A DNA stretch of 64,000 bases from Lama glama. Taxonomy: Eukaryota. A program made the translations under genes and the position numbers. Below are positions 12,109 through 23,956 of this stretch, piece after piece. The DNA lies in the NCBI GenBank assembly GCA_028534125.1, contig CM052817.1:11906001-11970000 (forward strand), written 5' to 3'. The notes beneath the pieces were generated by a model, which was not told where the DNA came from, did no database searches, and saw nothing but the letters and a program-made list of their open reading frames with translations. Position 1 is the stretch's first letter; each line of letters opens with the position of its first letter.

Positions 12109-13195
12109 AGTTGCAGTTGAATTTCAGTAGCAGTTCACTCCTCGTAAATGCTGACTGTCTTAATTATATGAGGCTTAGCAGTCATCTGATTTTTACGGTG
12201 AGGTTTCAGACATGGTTTTCTGTTTCCTTTCTAGGAAGGAAAACTCACTACCTATATGCCTACTGAAAATTTCTAATGTACTTTCAAGACATTCTTATGC
12301 AATTCTCTCTCTTGGAGTGGATCACTATGAGGTGACATGAAAACTTTTCTTTTTCTTCTGAACAGATAAACCGTTGGTGTTCAGTTTAGCAAATGCTCCT
12401 TTAGTGCCTATTTTGTGCTCTGCTTTTGGGGGAATCAGAGATAATTAGGATGTGGTCCTTGTCCTCCAGGAGTTCTTATTCTTCTGGCTTATTTTTAGAA
12501 CCATTAGTCTTGGGTTTAGAAGGTTTATCTTTGCAGGCTGGAGAGATGCTCTGTGGTCAGACACCTAAATGTGCAGGTTGAAATGTACATGGACGGAGTC
12601 CATGGTTTGGTAACTCAGGAGAGAGTATGCGTAGCTGGCTCCGTTGTCCAGAGGCAGAGTGATGGATGGTAGGAAGGGCCTCTGTTCTTGCTCATTCAGC
12701 CCTCAGTGGTTCCTAAAAGACTGCAGCCACCGCAGGTCCAAGGCCTGAGCAATCAAGAGAGGCATGTGGCCATAGTTACTCTGTCTTTTGCCAAGAGGCT
12801 TCTGCTGCCTTTTAAGTCAGAGTAGCTCTGGAGTTTCTGCTCAGTTCCGTTCTTTCTAGCTGGGCCCTCTGGACTTAAAGGGCAGTTGTTAGATTGGGAT
12901 GACACAGGGCCTCTGTGTGCACATCCTGGCGTGAACATTGCTTTGGATATTCAGGGTTTGGGCTGAAGAAGGGGCCCACAACCTGGCCAAGCACAGGGAA
13001 GTGATTAGGGTAGCACATTATCACAAGCTTATTATCCAGTAAACCTTAAAAAAATATTTTTGGTTTTATTTTCATGTAATAGAAAAATTAGCCAGTACAT
13101 CACAATAGAGGATAAAGTCAATAATACCATGATAAATAATTTAAGAAAAAAATTAGATGTGTTCAAATAATATATCAAGTATAAATAGTTTATCA

Positions 13196-13621
13196 TGTAT
13201 TGGTCAGGGGAGACTAGCTGCTGTAATAAATAATCCCTGAGTCTCCAAGCTTAATTAGTGAAGGTTTTTCCTGCATGTTACAATCCAATGTGATTTAGCA
13301 TCATAGCTCAGCTCCATGGAGTCAGGGAAGCCCCAGGCTCTTTCCAACTAGTTGCTCCAATATCCACTGAGCCTTGGGCCCTCCACTAGATGATCTGAAT
13401 ACAGTTAGCAGAGGTGGTCATAGGGAGAGCTTGGTGCTCTGCACAGGAAGGTCTAACTGGCCAGCTCTGGGGATGACAGTCGTCACACCCACCACATTCC
13501 TTTGGCCACATTTCAGTCGCGTGGCCACACAACTTCACCAGAGGGAGGCTGGAAGCCGCGGTCTAGTTACGCACCCAGGTGGGAGAGAAAAATAGTTTGA
13601 TAAACAACTAATCTCCGGCAC
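13196..13621 (-). mobile_element. MaLR LTR (MLT1J-like)
   Basis: ctagctgctgtaataaataatccc...cacattcctttggccaca...agggaggctggaagccgcggtctag. Confidence 0.8.
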
Positions 13622-13744
13622 GCAGCAACATAATGAAGTTAAGGTTAAACGCGAACGACAGACTTACGAGAACACTGATGGAACAGGGGAAGACTGAGCT
13701 TTGGAGGTTTTTGCTTTTGTTTCTTAATCACAACACTGATTTTT

Positions 13745-13935
13745 TGTGTGTGTGTTTAAGTCTCGACACTGCCCTTTATTAGCGGGGAGACTGTGGGCAT
13801 TTTACTCAGTAATTCTGGGGCCCTTTATACAGATCAAGGAAATCCTTCTCAAGGGCTTTGGGGAGAGTGACAGGAGCTCACATGTGCTTAGCATCATGGA
13901 CAGTACTTGGCATAATGTAGATGTTCACCATCTAC
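13745..13935 (+). mobile_element. MIR SINE, diverged
   Basis: MIR 3' part: gtgcttagcatcatggacagtacttggcataatgtagatgttca. Confidence 0.55.
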
Positions 13936-15034
13936 ATGTTAAATCCCTTCCCCTAACATCTCTTTCTTCAGCTTTCTCTGTAAAAACTTTGGGAGAGATT
14001 TTGTCATCGAAGAAACTTGTTAGCAATTAAAGTGCTAAAATGCTTCTAGCCCGGGAAGGAGGGTGTCTTCTCTCTTCCTGTACTGGCGTGCTTTCAGTTT
14101 CAATATTCCAATTTAAATTGTGCATACATTCTAAGAATTGGTTAAGTCATCAGGTGGCTTCACTTTTTAAAACATTTACAAGGCAATCATGTGAGGCCTT
14201 GCTAGATTAAACTAAAAAATAATTAAATTAAATTTTTGTAATAAAAGCTTGTGTACAGTAGCCCCAGATAGTCGTCTTGGTGGGTCAGAGAACCTTGTTT
14301 TAGCTCTGTCTTTGAGTTGGTGCTTGCTGTGCTGGTCTGTCCTTTGACATTTAGATAGGACAACAATGAGACTGAAAGTCAAATAAAGGAGGCCATTGTC
14401 CTTTAATTTCCCCTTCAACCTGAGGCAGGAATTTCGAAAGCTTTTTTCAGGTTTACAGGGTTAAGTTTTATATTCATTTGCACATTGTCTTGTTTATCCA
14501 TAGTCATCAGATTCCCATAATCTATTGAGAAGTTCCTGTTGTAACTTATAGCTCATCTAAATTAGATTCTAAAGCTAATTAAACTTAGCAAATCTGTAAC
14601 AGTAACCAAGTAATATTCTCCCCTCAGTGAGCACAGGGAAGTTCCATTTGATTATGAGTGAACAAAGTCTTGGGTAATGGGTGGGAAATTAATCATAACT
14701 CCAACATCAGTAACTTATGTCTTACGTTTTCCCCACCAGATGCCTGTGACGAATCTGTTTTTCCCTAAGGCAGAGAAATCTCGTAGGTAACAGTGGGGAA
14801 TAGTCAGATGAAGCTGCCCCAAGATTCTGAGTCAAATTTCTGGCGGACTGAGAAACATACCAATGTGTGTTTGTGGTAAAAAATACAGGCTCTTATTTAT
14901 TTGGCACTTACTGCATACGAGAACCTGAGGCAGTGCTTCACAACTGGAGGAGGTGTGGCTTCAACTCCAGCTTGGGCGACCTCAACAGTTCTTACCCCCG
15001 TGCTGCCCCGACTCTGCAGACAGAGCAAGACAAA

Positions 15035-15190
15035 GGAGCACTAGTCCTTTGGAATCAGAGCACAGCAGTGTGCTGCCTACTTCCTGTGAGACTGTAGGAA
15101 GTCAGCTAATCTCTCCAGGCCTTCTCCTTCTCATTTCTAAAGGGAGGATTAAAATTATAATTCTCCCGTCTGTGTAGGTTATTATGCAAA
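15035..15190 (+). mobile_element. MIR SINE
   Basis: ctttggaatcaga...tgtgagactgtaggaagtcagctaatctctccaggcct...ctcatttctaaa. Confidence 0.6.
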
Positions 15191-15479
15191 GTGCAGGTTC
15201 CTCTGGGGCTCTAGAGAAACTGCATGGCTGAATAGTCTTTACAAATAAATCATTTGACTCAGATAAATTTCCTCTGCTTTAATGAACCAGGTTACATGTT
15301 AGGGAGGTTGAATGCCATTTGGAATCAATCACATTTCTTTCCATGAGCTATAGATTAATTAATCTAACCTAACATTTACTGAGCACCTACAGTGGGCAAA
15401 AAACTCATTCCAGTGTTTCACTGGAGCCACAGATATAAATATGCTGTGGTCTTGGTCAGCAGGAGATTCTTGATTGCAG

Positions 15480-15588
15480 GTAATAGAAATAATAAATAAT
15501 AAAAAAATAAATAATAAAGATAAGAAGAAGAAGAAGAAGAAGAAGATGACGACAACGACGAAGAAGAAAGAGGAGGAGGAGAAGAGAT
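15480..15588. repeat. Compound simple repeat (AAT/AAAT, GAA, GAC, GAG)
   Basis: Directly visible. Confidence 0.9.
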
Positions 15589-16129
15589 GGACTGTCTTCC
15601 CTAACTGGAAGTCAAGGGGTGTCCATACAAGTGGTCAGTGATGCCATTAGGAGTGTGTTTTCCTTCCATCTCTCAGCTCTACTTTCCTCTAAGTTGGATG
15701 TTCTTCTAGGTAAGATGATATCTTGAGCTCTTGACTTGCAGCCTTCTCATTTAACAGCTACCTTAGCAACTCCAGCGTAAAAGGTAATTCTCGAACATAC
15801 ATACACTAACCCCACGTGTCGTTCTCAGCAGCCTATATTGGGTCACACGCCTATCCCCAAACTAGTCCCTAAAGTGAGGGGAATGCCATATTCTCTTAGA
15901 CCTGAACTGGGTGTTCTTGTTTGCATTTTTTTTTTGGCCAGGGAACAGCATCTGCAGCTATATCAGAAGTGGTGTAGAGAAGAAATGGTTCCTTAACGGA
16001 GCATGAACTGAAAAGGAAAACCGGATGTTCATTCACAATAGAGAGCACTTTGTCTTGACCATGAAGGCCGTGTAGGGTTTTGACAGAAAGGGGGGGGGGT
16101 GTATTCCAGGTGGAGAATCCAGCATGAGT

Positions 16130-16538
16130 GTGATGCCTAGATCCTACATAAAACATCATTTCTGGGTGTGTCTGTGAGGGTGTTTCTAAAAGAGGTCAGC
16201 ATTTTAATCAGTGGACTGAGTGGAGACAATCACCCTAATCAGTGTGGGTGGGCACCACCCAGTCCACTGAGAGCCCAGATAGAACAAAAGGTGAAGGGAG
16301 GGAGAATCTGCTCTCTGTCTGAGCTGCACATTCATGTTCATCCACTTCTGCCCTCAAACATTCCTGCTCCTGGTTCTTGGACTTCAGACTCAGACTGAAC
16401 TAACCACCGGCTTTGCTGGTTGTCTGTCTTGAAGGTGGCAGATTGTGGGACTTTTCAGCCTCTAGAACTGCATGAGCCAATTTTTATAACAATCTCTTCT
16501 TATTGGTTCCATTTCTTTGGAGAATCATGACTAGTTCA
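16130..16538 (+). mobile_element. ERV-L LTR (MLT2D/MLT2B-like)
   Basis: tttctgggtgtgtctgtgagggtgtttct...tgtgggtgggcaccacccagtccactgag...attggttccatttctttggagaa. Confidence 0.88.
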
Positions 16539-16844
16539 ATGAATAATGAAAACGACATGGGGGACAGAATGGGGTCATACACTGGACTGTTTTAAATGCC
16601 AAAGAACTTGAATTTTATGTTCTGGGCAATAAGGAGTCTCTGATCACTTTGTCGATGGACATGTGAAGTAAGATATTTCCAAATACACAGTGAGTCCCTT
16701 CAGAACCAGAAGTTATCTTTTTTCCCACCTTCACTCCCAGCACAAGATAGAGTGCCTAGCACATGGCCAGGCCTCTTTAAATACTTGTTGAAGAAATATC
16801 AATTTCATCATCAGATGTCTAATGATTGTTGCTGCTTGTTGGAG

Positions 16845-17230
16845 GTGTCTATGTATTGGACATTGTAAGTGCTTTGCAGACATGTTAAGGTCATCACAGA
16901 AGCCATAGGAGGGGAGTGTTGTATGTGTCCCATTCTATAGAGAAGGACTCTGACACTTACAAAGGTCAGGTGATGGAACGAGGACTTAAACTAAGGTCCT
17001 GTGCATTCAAATCATACACACACATCACATCAGTGTGATTCCGTGTAATGTTTGTGCAACACCTTAGAGGATATAAAGAGCTTTCCACGTATATACTGTT
17101 ATACTCGGACTCAGTAAAGTGAAATCCAGAGAGGAGAAGTAGCCCAGCCAGAATCACAGGGCTAGTGAGTTGTGGTGCTTGACTGGTATTTGGCAATCCT
17201 GTGTTCAAAATTCATTCATTTCCCCTACTC
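16845..17230 (-). mobile_element. Two adjacent MIR fragments
   Basis: cccattctatagagaaggactctgac; cagagaggagaagtagcccagccagaatcacagggctagtgag. Confidence 0.55.
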
Positions 17231-19279
17231 CAACTAGTTTCGCCAGCAGCTGCCAGACCATAAAGTGGGCGTGGTGGGGAAGATGATCTGTCAGTTTGTG
17301 TATGTGAATGCCAGCTCTAATAGTCAGAGATTCTAGTCTTTCAACAGAAAACTAAATGTGCATAGCTCTTGTCTCAACTCTTTCAAATATTAAAAAATGT
17401 GAGCCATGCAGACTGAAATAAAAAGGTCACTGGAATAAGATCATGATTTTAGTTGCAATGTTGCTGTTTCAATCTCATGAAAAGGGGCTTGGTTAGCTTT
17501 CTTTAATTGTTTTTCTCTGTCTTGCAAATATCCACAAATTCTCTGCACTGTTTGTACATTACACTGGGCACTGAGGGTGAACCGACTCATTCCATGAAAG
17601 GGCTAACTTTTCCACTATGGACACTTGGTGAAGTGAACTGGCTTGTAAACCATTTTTGAGCTTGTAACCTGAACTTTGATGCAACATATGACATAATCAA
17701 AGCATCTCACAGAGTCAAACTCTTGCACAAATTCAGGATGGAGATGACCAGTTTTTTTTTTTCCCCATTTGACTCTGAAAAATCAAAAGAGAACAAGGTG
17801 ATTTTGTACTTGGTGTATATGCTGGAAGGATGGCATACTGCAAGGTGATAATAGATGACGATCACAATGTTAAAATGACTAACATCAATCAAAGGCTTAT
17901 TGTGTTCCAGGTACTGTACCCAAGCAGTGTGTATGGAAATCTGACCGACCTGACTGGAGACTTAACTTCCTTTTGTCTTTAGGTCATAGGTCTCTTTTTT
18001 CTGGGAGAAAGGACTTTGGTGGGTCTTGAATTTTATTGACATTAGACAAACCTACATCCATCATTCTTGGCAAAGACCCAATTGACAGTGGAATTATCCA
18101 AATGCAGAAGCTTCTGATGGCAGTATTAAGTTATTTGTTTAGTAATTTACCTTGGACATATGTTTCATGTACTTGAAAATTGTGCAGGATATTTTTTTCC
18201 CTAAATTTTTCTTTAAATTTCTCTATGTCTAAACATTATTTTTTGTTTTAGAAAGATGTTAGCATGTATTTTTGCCTAAGCATTTGCTCCCAGGAGATGG
18301 AGAGTGGAGGGCAGACCACACATGAGTGTTGTGTTGACTTGATATTATCCTCACCTGGCATTGGAGGAAAGGCTGGGAGAGAGTTGAGATCAGCTTGGAC
18401 TAGCACAACACAACCCTGGCAGGACCACTGATGTCCCATATACAGAGCTGACTTACCCTAAGTACACAAGCATTTTAAGAATGGACCTTCAGATCATGGT
18501 GTTTTCCAGGACCCTGGGACCAGATCACACCTTGCGGGTGGGGATGGATTTTCCAGGGATGGAAAAAGATATTGTCTCTGGCAGTAGTTGTGGGAAGAGA
18601 TTATTTCCAGGCCAGGATATGAGGTGGGGCTTAAAGAAAGGGTTAGAGATTAATATGCTCTTCTTTATTCTCTCTCCCTCTGGGGTTGGAGGGCAAGAGA
18701 TGGGCATTGATTCCAGGTGAGGTATCTGTGGGGAATTAGGCAAGAACTCAGTGATGGATTTTGGTTTAGGTAGCCACTTCTGAAAGAGTAGCTGCTTCTA
18801 GGTGGACATGAAGGAAATCACTTAGGACAGATCTGTGACTCCTCTGCAGGTCAGAGTGTACTAAGTCCCCAGCATAGGCCAGCTATCCCTGCAAGAGAGA
18901 TAATTTGACAAATCAACTGGTGACAGAGGGTGTGGGCTGCCAGGAAGATGGGGAGAGTAGAGGAGATTAATAATAACAAGGATATGAAGGAACATTTGGT
19001 GAACATTCATTGAATACATATTGTTTCACTCCCAGTGCTAAGACATAGCTTTAAGTACAAATGACTTCTCGTCTGTGAGATGCTCACACTCTGAGAGGCA
19101 GAGGGGAACTGGGACTAAATATGGGAACAGCAGATTCACACCTCCCTTCTCACCAAGGAAGAGCTACCAATTATTGAAAGTGGAATTTCACATAATGTTG
19201 AACTGTTATTTTTTTCTCTCGCTTTCTTTATATTTCTGTCTCTGGATAAGAGCTTACGGATGAATTCTTATAAGTTAAA

Positions 19280-19450
19280 TGTGGCTGATGAGTACTTGCA
19301 TCATTTCATTTAATCTCTAAAACAATCTTACAAGGTAGGTGGGTAGCAGCTATTATCTTCCTCATGTTATACCTAGAGAAGCAGGAGAGTGAGGCTGAAA
19401 GACTTGCCCAAAGTCATACGGATACAAGTAGTGTGTTTGGCACTTAGGCC
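19280..19450 (-). mobile_element. MIR SINE
   Basis: tcatttaatctctaaaacaatcttacaaggtagg...gacttgcccaaagtcatac. Confidence 0.75.
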
Positions 19451-19621
19451 CAGGGAGAAGAGAGGTAAAGATGGGGTCCAAGATCTATGCCCCTTTGCTG
19501 GTATCCAGGGCCATAACTCATCTTCAGAGTTTCCTGACTTCCCAGTGAGACTATTATAAAACCCACCAATCTGTTGTATAGTCTAAATTCTCTCTCCACT
19601 TCTCCACTCTCGTTCATCCTC

Positions 19622-19945
19622 TGCTGTAGACTGAATTTTGGTGCTACTCCCTAACTCATATGTTTAAACTTCTTCTCCAGGGTGATGGTATGAAGAGGTA
19701 AGTTCTCTGAGAGAAATTAAGTCATCAGAGCAGAGCCCTCATGGATGGGATTAGTGCCCGTATGAAAGAGACCCCAGAGGGCTCCCTTGCCTCTTCCACC
19801 ACGTGAAGATGTAGCCAGGAGATGGCCGTCCCTGAACCAGGAAGAGGGCCTTCACCAGACAAGGGATCTGCTGGTGCCTTGATCTGGACTTTCCAGTCTC
19901 CAGAACTGTGAGAAATAAATTGGTGTTCTTTATAAGCCACCCAAA
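19622..19945 (+). mobile_element. MaLR LTR (MLT1A0-like), 3'-truncated
   Basis: gccctcatggatgggattagtgccc...tctgctggtgccttgatctggactttccagtctccagaactgtgagaaataaa. Confidence 0.9.
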
Positions 19946-20176
19946 CAAGTGAAGGCATCCTCTACGTGGCTCCCCAGTTCAGACTGAATTTCTTACTATC
20001 CTGAAGCGTTTTAGTCCCTTTCATCTCTCTTTAACTTTTCATCTCCTCTCCTTTTTGTCTAGGGTACTCTTTCCCTTTCTGTAGTTCATAAAAAAGCACC
20101 TTATCAAAAATCAGGCCAGCATCGGTTCTTCCAGAAAAATAAGTTTAGCATAGTGTTCAAAAGCATGACCTCTGCT

Positions 20177-20319
20177 GGGAGGGTACAGCTCAGTGGTAGA
20201 GCGTGTGCTTAGCATGCACAAGGTCCTGGGTTCAATCCCCAGTACCTCCATATAAATAAATAAATAAGTAAATAAATAAATACTAGTTATCCCCCCCCCT
20301 CAAAAAAATGTTTTTTAAA
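20177..20319 (+). mobile_element. tRNA-Ala-derived SINE (camelid vic-1 type) inserted into a MIR (~20140-20497)
   Basis: gggagggtacagctcagtggtagagcgtgtgcttagcatgcacaaggtcctgggttcaatccccagtacctcca, then (TAAA)n, a C-run and an A tail; decayed TSD aaaagcatgacctctg (20159-74) vs aaaagtgtaacccctg (20320-35), 12/16 identical. Confidence 0.9.
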
Positions 20320-20699
20320 AAAAGTGTAACCCCTGATTCTGGCACTTGGCATCTGTGGGAATTCACCTTCGTTAGTATTCACATTTCTAAAATGGAGCCA
20401 CCAGTACCACCTACAACATGGGATTATTAAAAGCATTAAATACGAAGGGCTTTGCAAAGATCTGACACAGGGCGAGTGCTGAATAAATGCTGTTACCTCG
20501 GTTCTCCAGGAAGACACCCCTGATTCTTCAAGCACAATTAACTACCTTCTCAGTGGGTTGTAGAGTAGATATTGTTCATATCTCCACTTTACAATGTATT
20601 CTGTTACCTTGTAATTGTCTGCTTAAATATCTCTTCTTGTACCATCCTATTTCCTGCTCCATATGTATATAAATATATATATATATATTTTTACTGTCA

Positions 20700-22370
20700 A
20701 TAATACCGCAGATTCTGCCTCGTGGGAACTCTCGCTGTGCCATTTGGGATCAGGATAAGCCCTAGAAAGCAGACCCCAAGAGTCTGTTTTAGAGCTGGGT
20801 TACTTATGATCTGATGGCAATAGGAGACCCATACTTTTGGCAAATCGGGTAATAACCCTTGTATGCAATGGCATTACAATTAATTAATGTTTTCACCTAC
20901 AATTAATTGGGATGAGGAGAAAGGAGCAGGTGAAACATTTTATGGGAAGTCTCAGCTGAATAAACAACTTGGAGAAAATAATAATTAGAAGATACTGGAG
21001 TGGATTAACTGCTTTGAAATCCTTGGCAAAAGAAGATGATAGAGAAGTAAACTGCTAACTTGAAGCACGCTGTGAGAGTCAGGTGGGCTTGGTGGTCGCT
21101 CTGAATGGCGCTGAGGTCTGTTACAGCTCTGAGGCTGACTTGTAGAAAGTCAGGGGGCGGAGCTTCAGGGTAGACCAAACACACAGCCATGGCCTGTTTC
21201 CTTTGTTAGGACCTTGGCAGAAAAAAAGGAAGAGCCTGAGACCCGGCTTTTTGGCCAATGAGCCTGAGAATCTTGACCCTCATATTCCTTGGAATGTCCC
21301 ACATCACGTGGGAAAAAGCAGACACTGTCCTCTCGTGCGGGGAAAGCTGCCCTCTTTGCCTGGAGACCATGTGAAGCTCTACCATGAAACAGGGCCTTAC
21401 GATGCCATCCTGTTCTGCTCGAGATCTGCCTCCACCAACTCTCAGTTCCCCTAGACCAATATCCAGGATCAGATCTTAGTACTCATTGTCTGAATGGGAA
21501 AGTGCTATCTGGTCCCCAAGAACAGGCAGTTTACACGGCAAAGGAATTTCAGAAGTTGACTAATATGTACTGTTACTAACTAGGGAAACATTTGTGAGAA
21601 TGGAATTGGAGGGTACTGGAGCAGACAGAGTAGTTATAAGGCCGGATAGGGAGAATTTTTTTTATGTCAGGGCACTTATGACTCTGGATTCATGTTCTGG
21701 AAAAGATAGACCTGAGTTTTCAGGACAGATACCTTGGAGCTTGAATATCAAGGTGAACTACAGTCAGTGGGGTGGAGATGCCAGAACATCCTGGGAAGTA
21801 TCTTGAGGAATGGACCTGAAGGTGTGAAGAGCTGGGAATGTCTGAGTGGCTTTGCTATGTAAGACTCTGAGGGCGTAGCAGCTGACTGTCTCCCAGGAGG
21901 GCCCAGGGAGCGCACTTCCCGCTAAGCGAGTGAAGGGCTGCGCTGGTGAGGAGGACCCTGGCTTTGCTAGCTCAGGGGTGGCTGTTTTCTGTAGGCATGG
22001 TGGGAGGCTTGCTTTATATGTTTGATAGTAGGAGATGCTGCCAGGAAACTGAGTGCTCTCAGCTATGGGTGGTGGATTTGGGGAATGGCAGAAGCCACAT
22101 GGCAGCATCTATATGCCAGTTGCAAGACAGAATTAATGACCATAATGGGTACCAAAGCCAGAGTGGCAATTGGGGCATCTTGTCCAACAAGGATAGGGCG
22201 ATAATTATTAAATTATGACGTTACTTGGGGGAGAGGAGAGAGAGGCACAGAGAGAGAGAGGGAGAGAGAGAAAGGAAGAAGATGGAGAGCTGGTGGAAAG
22301 AAGCCCCATCTCCACCGTCACAATGAAATCATGGCCCCTCATCCAGTTTCAGATCTGTATCAGTTTAGAA
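20700..22370 (+). mobile_element. ERV-L (ERV3-16A3/LTR16-type) remnant: possible end of 5' LTR, leader and decayed gag
   Basis: Leader ctagaaagcagaccc...gatggcaataggagaccc; in-frame gag segments YTAKEFQKLTNMY..EWNWRVLE (from 21532) and VEMPEHPGKYLEEWT*RCEELGMSEWLCYVR (from 21772) resemble HERV-L Gag. Confidence 0.82.
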
Positions 22371-22564
22371 AACTGTCATGTACCATAAATATCATATTTC
22401 TCTTCATTTTGTCTGTTTCTTTCTAACCTAACTGCCCTTTAACCATATTCAGTCTTTTATGATGGTGGTGGCTACGATGTGACTTTTAAATGAAAAGAAC
22501 TCTAACCATACATGTTTCTTAGTTAAGGTCACAGGGAGAGGAAATAAACCGTAGGTATCTTAAG

Positions 22565-23050
22565 TTAATTACAGTTCATCCTTGCTATGGAATATTCTAT
22601 GTGAAAAAAAAATGATAAGCCTGTGTGGATATAGAAGGATTTCCAAAATACATGTTTAAAGGAAAAAAAAAAAAGACAAAAAAGGAAAAGTTGAAAATAC
22701 TGTGAAGCGTAAGATCCCTTTAGTATAAATTAAAAAAAAGAAGAATACATGGCTATTCATTCACAAGAAATAATTTAATTGATTAATTGATCTAATACTT
22801 TCAAAGTCCTGCAAACTGTGCCTGGCTAATAGTTGATGCTTTATAAGTGCAGCTTGTGTTATTACATATACCATTATGTAGTATATTTGTACTTTAAATT
22901 ATTTATTGCTTATTATTATTTATTAAACATTATTAGCGGTGATGTCTGTAGATGGGGGTATGGGTGTGGGTCATAGAGAAGTTTTTTACTTTCCATTTCG
23001 TACCTTTGTGTTTGGCTGTTTTTTTCTCATTAGCCCCACATGTTATGCTT
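22565..23050 (+). mobile_element. Old L1 (L1ME-like) 3' UTR fragments
   Basis: atggaatattctatg...gaaggatttccaaaatacatgtttaaaggaaaaa. Confidence 0.5.
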
Positions 23051-23244
23051 CTCCTCCTTTTTATTTTCAAGACATCAGGGCTCCCTTGGACAATGAGTTT
23101 ACCAGCTATTTCTTGTTTCCTTCATGAGATTTCTCTATTTAAACATCTAAAAATAAATTTGAACAATACCAACATGAAAGACAACAAAGAATCATGAAAA
23201 AAGAGGGAGAGGTGATTGTGACATGAGTATGCTGAGAAGAGAAC

Positions 23245-23410
23245 ATGTGGCTTGGGTGCCAGCTGGGTCAGGCTCTGCCCATGTACTCTCAGTGGGAACG
23301 CGAGTCAGTGCAGTTCACTTTTCTTGACTTTGCTTGCCCTATTTGCAAAATGGAAATAATGTCAGAATTACTGTAGGGATCAAGTGTGACAGTCTTTTCA
23401 GTATACCAGG
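23245..23410 (+). mobile_element. MIR SINE
   Basis: ggctctgcccatgtact...ccctatttgcaaaatggaaataat. Confidence 0.6.
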
Positions 23411-23465
23411 AAAAACATACAAAACAACAACAACAAAAAAACAAAAACAAAAAAACCCACAAGCT

Positions 23466-23498
<33 letters not shown>

Positions 23499-23521
23499 GT
23501 ATATGTATACATATATATATA
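23466..23521. repeat. (TA)n microsatellite
   Basis: Directly visible. Confidence 0.95.
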
Positions 23522-23923
23522 GTTTTCTCCATAATGAAATTGTATGTGATGGGAACAGGATGAAATATTTCGAATGCATGGATTTGCAAACTGGCTGCAC
23601 TGTAGATTTATTGCTATGAAAAATGTGACTGGTACAAATTAGAAGTCACTAACAAAAAGGGAAAATGCCAATAGAAACATCTCCTTCCTGTGTCTTTGTT
23701 GGAAAGTCCAATAAAGAGAAACGAGAAGAAGACATTTTAAGCCTAAAATGATAGTCCTGTTCTTTTTGCCCTTTTTGCGGAAGCGCTTTTCTCCAAGTCC
23801 CTAGGTGTACTGGTGCCGCTCAGAGCTCAGAGTAATTGGCTCATTAGGCTGCAGTGTTACACCCGCATCCCTCCGGCTAAGCTGGACGGAAGAAACAGAG
23901 CTCTTCTTTCAGGGACAGCACAG

Positions 23924-23927
<4 letters not shown>

Positions 23928-23954
<27 letters not shown>

Positions 23955-23956
23955 TT
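23928..23956. repeat. Poly(T) tract
   Basis: Uninterrupted T run. Confidence 0.95.

Noticed and set aside
18250..18960. G-rich segment that may be an ancient LTR
   Set aside because: No terminal motifs, TSD or family similarity that I can verify
20177..20250. tRNA-Ala gene
   Set aside because: Followed by a (TAAA)n/poly(A) tail with a TSD, has encoded CCA and mismatched stems; it is a SINE head
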